From positions 294,934,001 to 294,998,000 of the forward strand of contig OZ024741.1 of assembly GCA_964016885.1 (NCBI GenBank): DNA of 64,000 bases, in the 5' to 3' direction. This DNA is from Eledone cirrhosa. Taxonomy: Eukaryota. Positions 53,614 to 64,000 of this stretch are shown one piece after another; the first letter of the stretch is position 1, and every line of letters begins with the position of its first letter. The position numbers and the translations under genes were made by a program. The notes under the pieces were generated by a model. It saw nothing but the letters and a program-made list of their open reading frames with translations. It was not told where the DNA came from and did not search any database.

Positions 53614-54294
53614 ATTAACCCTTTCATAATTGCATTTCTAATGAAATATACTCTATTTCAATTAATTAATGAAGAATTTTGAGGGATTTACTTAAATTAT
53701 TAATTATTTCATTATTAAGATAGTAACTTAATGTAAGGTTCTTATATAAAATTATGTTGGAAGATTTTAATATAAATTGGAAACCTTTAAAATGGGTTGC
53801 TTTATTTCATAAATTTGCCAACATTACACCTGATATTCTTTCTCTATACACACATATGCATGTGTTTGTGGGTCTGTGTGTATATCATAACTCATACCCT
53901 GTTCACTTTCCTGACATTTGTACATTATTCTATGTAATAATAGTAGGGCAACAAATTGGCAGTAGGGCGGCAAATTGGCAGTGAGGGCAACGAATTGGCA
54001 GTATCGGAAGAGGGTTGGACGCCATGCTTTCTAGCATAGTTATGTCCCTTTACGGTCTGAGTTCAAATCCCGTTGAGGTTAACTTTGCCTTTCATCCTTA
54101 CAGGGTTGATAAAATAAAGTACCAGTAATGTACTGGGTAATTACTGGCCTTGTGCCAAAAGTAGAAACAATTATTCTATGTAATATATATGTAGCTTTGA
54201 TGAGTTATAGTGCACCTGAGCACTGTTCACAATAATTTTCATTGTTATATAGAACCAGAGCCAGTTTTGGCCAGGTTGGGAACAAAATGGTTAA
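53614..54294. mobile_element. nested elements: TTAA MITE containing a CR1 3' fragment (+, ~53812-54245) containing a family A SINE (+, ~53945-54170)
   Basis: TTAACCCTTT..AAATGGTTAA ends; SINE TSD attattctatgtaata. Confidence 0.75.
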
Positions 54295-54776
54295 TTACAA
54301 CATTGACAAATACCCATTCACTTAAGTTCTGCTTTATGTTTGATAAAAGTGAGGCAGAAGAGTATAGATTCAGCCAACTAGCTGTGAAACATGTAAAACC
54401 AATCAGCTTTGTTTTATTTTATTTTATTTTTATTTCTACCCGAAGATAATAGAATGTTTTGGGGATTTGTTTACTCTTTCACTGCAAGGTTTATAAACTG
54501 TAGTCATTATACCTACATTAAATTTATCTAGAACTTTCTAATATACACTGTGTTCTACATAAATATTTATTATCTAATTAGTTACCAATACGTATTATAC
54601 TGTGAGGTTTATAAGCTGTAGTTCTAAATTCACATTAGATATCTTTTTTTTTTTTTTTTCGTTTAATGTGGATCATCCTGAGAATGTTAGAATAGAAATA
54701 ATTAAAAGGAATAAAAAAAAAATATATAGTCTGTGTGTATGTGTGTGTGTGTGTGTGTGTGTATGAACCTGATTGG

Positions 54777-54819
<43 letters not shown>

Positions 54820-55761
54820 CATATATATGTATGTATATATACAATCATAAACAGGTAGAGAGAGAGAAAGCTAGAGAGGAGAAAAGAAGGGGCATTGGGC
54901 CTTATTCAGAGAGGTGGGGCCCAGGACATTTTCCCCAACTGCCACCCTATAAATCCAGCCCTGTGTTTGTATGTGCATATCTGTTGGTGGTGGTGTGTGT
55001 GTGTGTGTGCATCCATGTGTATGTGCATGCACCTGTGCCTTGGAACGATTCTTGTATTCAGTATGCAAGATCTCATTTGGCATCATCTTGTTGAACCAAA
55101 ACTGATAACTTGCAGAACTGATCTATAGCAACATTTGTGAATGTTTCTGTTTATTTAGATTTATTTCTTGAGGTTAATGTCTACCAGTTCATCTGCTTCT
55201 CTTGGAATGTTAGATAAAAACACCCTGAATGCAACACAGCCAATAGATATTTCATTTATTGCTAGTAAAACCATCAAAGACAGACAGTCTCTTTCACGCT
55301 CTCTCTCTCTCTACCATCAAAGACAGACAGTCTCTCTCTCGCTCTCTCTCTCTCTCACATACATACATACATACATACACACATGTATGTATACAACATA
55401 TGGATGCTTTTTCTTGATAATTATTTCTTACAATGTGTTGTTGTTCTTCTTTTTCTTCTATTATTCACTATTGGTAGAGCATTGAACAACATGCTTTGTG
55501 TTCCAAGTTCAAAATCCCACTGTGGTTAGCTTTGCCTTTCATCTTTACAGGGTCAATAAAACAAAGTACCAGCTGCACACTGGGATCAATTTAATCAATT
55601 TTCTTCTTCCCTCCGTATTTCTGGCCTAGTGCCAAAAGTAGAAACAATCATTATTATTGATAATTAGGTAGATATTCCATTCAGCTACTGATTTGAGTTT
55701 CCAGGAAGTTCTCCAACATGCATTTTACGCACGCTCACACACTACTACCATCACTAACATC

Positions 55762-55793
<32 letters not shown>

Positions 55794-55939
55794 CGTCATT
55801 TAACGTCCATTTTCCACGCTAGTATGGGTTATAATAATGATAATAATAATTATTTCTACTTTTGGCACAAGGCCAGCAATTACACAGTACATTACTGGTA
55901 CTTTATTTTATTGACCCCGTAAGGATGAAAGGCAAAGTT

Positions 55940-56230
55940 AATGAAAATTATTGTGTACTACCACTCATCAAAGATGCATATATAGTACACAGAATAATGT
56001 ACAAATGTCAAGAAAGTGAACAGTATATACACACAGACACACTTGCATGTGTGTGTATGGAGAGGGAATATCAGGTGCAGTGTTGGCGAATTTTGGGAAG
56101 CATGAACATTTTGAAGGATGCAGTGTCCTGGCAGCTAACAACTGATGCAAGTGGTTGTTCCATGCTTCAGCAACTTTGAGCCTGAAAAAATGTTTCCAAA
56201 AGTCATGGGAGCTATATTGTTTTTTCATTT
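55940..56230 (-). mobile_element. CR1-like LINE 3' end (ORF2 C-terminus plus 3'UTR)
   Basis: KHFFRLKVAEAWN resembles the CR1 FFS.RV...WN.LP terminal motif; abuts a truncated SINE at ~55852-55940. Confidence 0.7.
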
Positions 56231-58141
56231 TATAAGCATATCCATGAATTCAAAAAGGTGCTCAGGGTTGTTATAATTTAGTCTAATACTGTAGCTGGTT
56301 ATTCTTGAGTTATTTTAGTGTGTTTCCTACCTGAGGAACCAAATGAAACAAAGGAAACACTGGGATCAGCCTAAGAAAATGATTAAACTGCTATACTCCC
56401 CTATGGTTTGAAAAAAGTCTTAGTTCAACTGAAACCATCCTTGTAATTTAAAGACTGGAACTACCTTGAGATGTAGGCAAGGGAAAGAACACAAGATGGA
56501 CAAAAGCACAATAGAAAGTGTTAAGATTTGTAAATAGAGGTTTCTTCTACTTACATTTTCTATTTCCTTTTCTTCCTTGTCTTCACGTGTTTTTCTTCTC
56601 CACTTCTGTTTGTTCTTCTCTTTTATCTTCTCTCTTCAATGTAATCTGAATAATTACTATAATATATTATATGCTATGCTGTGAAATTGTTCAAATTCAC
56701 TATTCTCTTAAAAGACATTTCTGGGGTTCTTCTAAAAAAACCTATTAATATCTGATCCAGTTAGGCAATGACTGATTGCAAAGCTGTATATGTATATATC
56801 ATATTAGTGATACTCCACTTACATGTTCTATGTGACCACAGGTAACTTTTATATTCATTCTATAAGATACAGACTTTATAATTGAATGTTAGTCTACTGT
56901 GTGAAATGCATTCATCTTTGTTAATACTCCTCTCACTTCAATTTCCCTAGTTAAATTGTCTTTAGCATCAGTAATATCATATCCTTTATTTTTTTTTTAT
57001 TTTAGCCTGACTTGGATAACTCTGCAATATAACCTCTCTCTATGTTTTTCTTTCTTAGCTGTCCTATCTATATCTGCAAGGCTGACTAATTATTTTATTT
57101 TTTTCTTTATACTTAGCTTCATCGTCATCATCGTTTTAATATTTGCTTTCCTTGCTAGCAAGGGTTGAACAGATCCATATGGACCAAGTCAGTACTGAAG
57201 CAGAGACTCTGATCTCCCAGGCAGGCCAGGGTCCCAACCCTTTGTTTGGTAACATTTCTGGGGATGGATACCCTTCCTATCACCAAACAGTGTACAGTGT
57301 GTATTGGATACATTTATCATGCAAATCACCATCAATAGGAAGGTTGCCATGTCCATCACATGAGTGAAGGGTCCTCCCAACCCTTTGTTTGCTTGGCAAA
57401 TGTGTATGTGTGTGTCGGGTGGGTGGGTAATGTCTCTTTCTATGGCATTCTGGTATCTGATTTTTTTTGTAGAAGAGACCTCCGACAACAAGAGGTCTGA
57501 AAGCATCTCATCTTTTGCATAGAAGCAAACTTTGTATGACGTTCAATCAATCATGCACTTATTTTTTTTTTTTTCCACACACAGAATTAGCTGCAACCGC
57601 AATAGCTTCACTAGTTCCAAACATTGTGCCATTAAGTGCAGAAGAAAAGCAACTGCAGCACTCTAATTGAGTTCAGTTTACCTGCCTGTATTGTGGCCAC
57701 TAACAGACTCTACAGGTATGCAGAAATAAACTAGAGAGTAGAGAGACTGTAATTTGCAAAAAGTGCTGCGTTGCACCCCATACCATTAATGACTGCATCA
57801 CAGATTGTGCTGTATGGTCCTGAACTAGGTGGGGATATAGTATAACTGAACAGATTAATCTGAGGGTTGTGCCATATCATTGAGCCAACATAATGCTGAC
57901 CAGGAGAGGGATGGCGCTCCTACAACTCCATCAGGAGGTAAAGGACCATACCAACCTAGAGCTATACAACATATTTCTTGGGAGGAATTAATACTGTATA
58001 TAGTTGTGTGTAAGTCACACTGGTAGATAAGTTGTACCTCCATTTTACATACAGCAATCTTGGTTCAGTACCTGACATGTATATAAAGTTTTGTAAGTCC
58101 TGTTGCATACTGGTATTTTTATGGAAAAAGGTGTGACTTAG

Positions 58142-58480
58142 CATCATCATCATTGCAACTACAGTCGAACATTCCTGACAAAGTCTCTCCACAATTCACT
58201 ATTTTCATTTGCTCCTGCCAACTGCTCCCTACTGAGGTTTTGTCATTTGGGAGTTGATTGATGAAAGGTCGAGCAGGTCTTCCTCTAGTGATTCCCATGA
58301 GTTGGTTCCCGCAATAATAGTAGCTTGCTTGCTTATCCTGCAATGTCTTACAAATCCTAACCATCTTTGAGCAATTGTAATTTTTATCTTGTGCAAGTTC
58401 CCATGTAAAATTTCAATTCAGTTTATCTTTTGTATGGCCCCAAGCATTTTAGTGATGCACCATCTAATTTCTTCTTGAGT
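58142..58480 (-). mobile_element. old RTE-X LINE 3' end
   Basis: RGRPARPFINQL motif followed by a (GAT)n tail. Confidence 0.6.
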
Positions 58481-58750
58481 GCTTGTATCAGGGTTTATGT
58501 ACCTGATCCATACAACAACACTTCCTCAACATGCTCTGAAGAATGATATTTTTATTTTTCTGGTGGCATATACAGGAATATATATCTATGGTAAATGTTT
58601 TAGGTTCTCACTTGCACCAACACATTCACATAAATTGAGAGTACATATGTTACATATCAATATATTCACTCAATTCAGTCATCTCACTAAGCTGCTGAAC
58701 CAGACATTTATTGGGTATGATTCACTGTATTACAATATTACATTTTTAAT

Positions 58751-58784
<34 letters not shown>

Positions 58785-58820
58785 TTTACATTTTTACTAT
58801 TTTATCTTATACACACACAC

Positions 58821-58858
<38 letters not shown>

Positions 58859-59308
58859 CATGCTTGTGTAGAAGATGGACGTTAAATAGTTTTACGCTTG
58901 ATATAGCAGGAGAAAAAAAAAAATATATATATATATATGGAGAGATAGAGAGGTGGTGAGTTTTTCTGTTGACAAAATGATATTGAAATGTGTTTTACTT
59001 TCATTTAGAATCCAACTTTGTTGAAATTATACGGTTTGTAATATATTGAGTTATATTTTACTATCAGTGACTGTATACAAATATTGTTTATAGATGTCAC
59101 AGATAAAACAACATTGTTATTGGTGTGATGTGTTGTGGAGGCTCACATATAGCTATAACCAGTCAATTTAGGTTGCAACAATAGAAGAAATTCTATATCA
59201 AATAACTTGGATATTAATCAAAGCTAAAACAAACTGCTTTGAGATTCTATTTAGAATGTTTCAAATGGGAAAGATATGAGAACTCAAATTATGACTGAAC
59301 ATATTTTA

Positions 59309-59477
<169 letters not shown>

Positions 59478-60035
59478 ACATACATTGTACAGCATTTTTT
59501 TTTAGTAAACAAAGACAATCTTTCTTTCAATGCTTTGACAGTTCAATTAACATTTAATATATTTTGTATTTTCAACATAGTTCTCACCAATATGTACAAT
59601 GTCCTTGGAGATATTTATTGTTATTATGGACAAATGCATGTCCTTGTGATTAAGATGCTTGCTTTTTTAATCATCAGGTCCACTGCATTGCATTTTAAGT
59701 ATGTGGTTTTTTCCATAGCTTTTGGTTGATACAAGCTTTGTGAGTGAAATAGGATATACTACAGTAACGACCAGACTTAGACTTTGAGGGGCTCAGGGCA
59801 GTTCAAATTTGGTTTGGTAGCCCCCTTATATAACAACACACACACACATATATATATATAATTTTTTTAATACATTAACAGAGAAAGCTTTAAGCAATAC
59901 TCCAACCGACTTCCGTCTCACTCAACAAACATTAAGATATACCTTAGTATAATACCAATTATACGTTTGGGGTGCTAACTATATGTATTTTGTGGATAGC
60001 CAGTTGTATTATTTTATATGAGACATAATTAAATA

Positions 60036-60170
60036 CATCCCTCTTTCCAAACGATTGTTTCATTATAAGTTTTCTACAAGTTGGGAAAATAATGTCCAGG
60101 TTATGTAGAAGCTTACACATAGTCTATAGGAATATATGCAGGTGGGCACTTATAAATCATCAGGGGATGC
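60036..60170 (-). ncRNA. degenerate type I hammerhead ribozyme motif (Penelope-type) with extended stem II
   Basis: Minus strand: catccc CTGATGA tttataagt..acttataat GAAA caatcg TT tgga. Confidence 0.5.
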
Positions 60171-63149
60171 CCAACAATATCGATATAAAAAAAAACCCTA
60201 CCGATATTAACATTCAGCGATGGTACCCGTCAAATTTGAAATTCAAGCAGTCTCACAAAGAGAAATTTCACATCGTCACCAAATATATATATATATATAC
60301 AGATAAGCAGGGAGGGAGAGAGTGATACAGAAGGGACCATGTTGAGAGAGGGCGGGAACTCTGTTTGATGAAGTGGAACCCAGGCAAATAAATAAATAAA
60401 TCCGGTCCTGCACACAGTATCTGTGTAGAAGCCCAACAGATGGATTTTTGCCTGTAATTCACAGGTGCATTTTATATTATACTGATTTTGCCTGAGAATG
60501 CTATTAAAAGTACATGCATCTCTCAAACATCAGCCTTTTACATATTAACCTTATAAGTAGGTAGCTCAGTTGATGCAACACCTGAATGCTCATGATTGAA
60601 ACCAGTGGATGATCCACCAATGTTGTTTACATTCAGGATTTGATTTCACTTCTCACTTAACCCTTTAGCTTTTACATTACTCTACTATTATATTTTCATT
60701 GTAAAGGCTTTATCTCACATAATTATCTCACATTATATGGAATCTATGATATTTTGATGTTGTTATTATTTATTTTGAGAACAATACCTTAATGTCAGTA
60801 TAAGTGACCAGTTACAGCCAGTTTGAACAGGAAGAGGTGAGAGAAATCTGACTGGATATGGTCGGTTTAAATGCTTAAATGCTAAAGGTTTAATCATATT
60901 AAAAGGCATGAATATTACAACTTACTATTTTCTTTCATATCCCCATGACCTTCAATGGCCATTGCTATTCTGTTTCTTTTCTTTTTTTGTGCTTTTAATG
61001 ACTTTACCTGAGAGAAGGGCTTCTACTAATGAGCTGTGGGAGATATAGGGATATAGGGATACTGCATTGGCATATGGCATTTCTAGGGCTCTGTAATGTG
61101 TGGCAAAGCTCACCCCTCTCCAGGTCTGAATATAGCAGATTTCTTCCAGAGAAGGATAGAGAGTGAGAAAGAGATATAACCTCAACTGAATGAAAGGCAA
61201 AGTTGACCTCAATGGGATTTGAACTCAGAGAGCAGAGAACCAAAATGGATATCACAAAGCATTCTATCTGGCAGTCTAACAACTCTGCCAATTTGCTGCC
61301 TTGTAATGGAGCTGTAGCAGTGCTTAACCCTTCCTAATGATTTTATGCATAATTACAAAATAATTACTATCATGTGTAAATATATAAAGAAATGTTCTCT
61401 TATAAGTGTGTCTGTATGTTTCTGTATGATCATGCATAGATGTGGTTGTGTCTGCCTTTGTAAATATTTTTCTAAATTCCCATACTCTGCTTGCTTGGAA
61501 TTTTGTGGGTTTGCCTGTAAAATCTGTCCAGCGATTCTTTCCTGAGACATTCTAATCACATACTCATAGTATCGGAGCTGTGATTTCTCAATTCAGAGAG
61601 GTAGTGGCTCTACATGAAGTGACTCTCTGATTTCTGCACTACACACTCTATCAAGTAATGTCAAAGACCCTTCTGGGAACCTCATTTTGGCCACTTGTAT
61701 TCATGATCGTATTCTTTCGGTCATTTGGAGATGGTTGCTTCTGACAGGACCCGCTCTCAGGTATAAGTGGGTGAAGAAGAAAAAGGAGGAGGAGGAGGAA
61801 AATGTGGTCATACCAAAAGTTGACAGAAATGTTTAATCAGAAATCTCTGGAGGAAATAATTGATTTGATGTGCCATTTTCACTGAACTCATTCAGGTTTG
61901 GTTGACTTCAATGTTACTTGACACTACTATTGATTGATAAACATTATACATATATATATATATATGCGTGTACTTGTGCGTGTAAGTGTGTGTCCATGTG
62001 TACTTGTGCATGTGCACATATGTTTTTCATTGATTAGTAGACACGTGAATGATACATTTAATTAGAAGCACTAAAATTGAACTGGTGAAGACATACGATC
62101 TGTTTGTTCACACCATCAGTGGATCCTTAACAAAAGAAGGAGAAAATATTCCGATCAATATTTGATAAGTAGGAATATGTACAATGTCTTTTATTTTATT
62201 ATACTTCATTTTATTTTTTAATAATATGTTATGGTTTGAAGTGCTGTAGCATGAAACATAAGCAACGTATAATGGAAGTTCCATGATCAATATAAGATGG
62301 AAAGCAAACTCCTTGAGAACTGAGATCGTTATCTAACTTTGATTTCTGTTTGATTACACTTAAGATTACTAATGCCTTTAGGAAAGACATGGAAGTACCA
62401 AACATTGATCAGTCATTCCAGTCCTTCAAAATATTCCCACTTTTTATGAGAGTTTTAAAAAATGACTTCAGTGTAATATTCTGGCATTATCATTGCTTTT
62501 TCATGCTAGTATGGACTGGACAAGACATTTAAAAAAAAACCTTTTAAGCAATATTCTAAGGCTGAGGTCCTTCCTAGTGCCAGCATATACTTTATTTTTT
62601 TAAGTATGGTATTTATGATGATGAGGAGGATATATATGACCCCTCTTTACTCTTCCCCATACCATATCTCCCCCACCCCCATCCTTGCTCACAAATACCA
62701 TGTTGTCCACTCATAAAGAAGAATACCTTTGCACTATATGTACCCATTAATATTATGGACCTACTTTCTTGACTTCCTATCTCCATGCCAAGCTGTTAAT
62801 CACCCTGTCTCTTGAAAGCCATCTCCACTACCTGTCACCTGTCTTCACTCTCTTTTTTGCTCTCCATTTCCCTCCTTCTCTCCATCAGTGAGAGCTCTCT
62901 CAGCAAGCAGCATGTAGCTACCACTTCTACTATGCTCTCATCTCCCACTTCCTCTCCCTTTCTGGTTGGGGGCTGCCACTTTTGCCATACTCTCATCTCT
63001 CCCTCTGCTCTTGTCCCCATTTTTTACTCTTTATGCCACACTAGAACATAGCCAGCCCACTCTGTAAATGATGACACTGATACAATGATAAAATACACAC
63101 TGTCTACTCTGATAGTGGTAATGCCAATGCCTTGAAAAAATACTCTCAT

Positions 63150-63565
63150 TACATACTGTAAAGTGGTTGGCATTCAGAATGGCACCGAGCTGTAGAAATC
63201 ATGCCAATCTGGGAGGTATGAGAGGACATGGTCATCTGACTAGACTAGTCTCAGAAAGTGACAACCCATCCAACCCATGCCAGCATAGAAAATGGATGTA
63301 AAATGGTGATGATATTTATATAAGTGGTGACATGACAAAAGCACCCAGTCCACACTATAAAGTGGTCATTTTGGTGCCATGATAAAAAGGACTCACTCCA
63401 CACTGTAAATGTGGTTGGCATTAAAGAGAGGGATCCTACTGTAGAAACCAAGCTAGAAACATTTATGTATGAGCAAGACATGGTCATGTCATCTGATTTT
63501 TTCACAACAGGAAAACCCATCTTACCCATGCTAGCATGGGAAAATGTGCAGTAAACAATGATGAT
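63150..63565 (+). mobile_element. tandem RTE-tailed non-autonomous elements
   Basis: ACTGTAAAGTGGTTGGCATT..CTGTAGAAA..CCCATGC.AGCAT.GAAAATG..GATGAT, matching the 3'UTR of the RTE at 19790-20084. Confidence 0.7.
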
Positions 63566-63570
63566 TTATT

Positions 63571-63616
<46 letters not shown>

Positions 63617-63621
<5 letters not shown>

Positions 63622-63930
63622 ATATTAAATAAATGGAAACTATATTTATAAAACCATATTTATTTTATTATATATATTTCAAGGGCAACCAAGACACCAT
63701 TGGTGTGCTTTCATCAGATAAAATACAAAGTTTGTTTTATAAATAGAGATGTACTCATGAAAATCATAACCGATTAGGTATGATTTTCATAGGTACATCT
63801 CTATTTATAAAACAAACTTTGTATTTTATCTGATGAAAGCGCACCAATGGTGTCTTGGTTGCCTTTGAAATATATATAATAAAATAAATATGGTTTTATA
63901 AATATAGTTTCCATTTATTTAATATCATTG
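63617..63930. repeat. 314-bp near-perfect palindrome, probably an inverted Penelope pseudo-LTR pair
   Basis: 63617-63768 is the reverse complement of 63779-63930 with about 4 mismatches; ~10-nt spacer; (TA)n left flank. Confidence 0.95.
63822..63886 (+). ncRNA. minimal type I hammerhead ribozyme (mirror copy on - strand at 63661-63725)
   Basis: TATTTTAT CTGATGA [aagcgcacc..ggttgccttt] GAAA TATATA TA ATAAAATA: perfect 8-bp stem I, intact core boxes, palindromic stem III. Confidence 0.7.
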
Positions 63931-64000
63931 AATATTTACTCCAGTAAACTGTTGAGTGCTCTAAATCAGTTATAAACATTTATATTTGTCGGACTTCCAA

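Overview
AT-rich, microsatellite-dense animal DNA; the repeat landscape suggests an octopus or other coleoid cephalopod (inference, not verified). No intact host CDS, tRNA, rRNA or CRISPR is supported, so the window looks intronic or intergenic. It contains several RTE/RTE-X LINE copies, the best preserved at 17224-20084 (+, with a PHD finger inside the ORF) and 22233-24498 (-, one premature stop). It also has CR1 3' ends, a Penelope GIY-YIG remnant with an inverted end, about 20 tRNA-derived SINEs (many with TSDs), TTAA MITEs, a Helitron-like element, a 76-bp minisatellite and a 6.2-kb array of a 43-bp unit. The most notable signals are RNA-structural: a 314-bp near-perfect palindrome (63617-63930) with a minimal hammerhead-ribozyme core on each strand, a decayed hammerhead at about 60036-60170, and an isolated pre-miRNA-like hairpin at 51387-51451. 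A few small candidate exons on the + strand are reported at low confidence.
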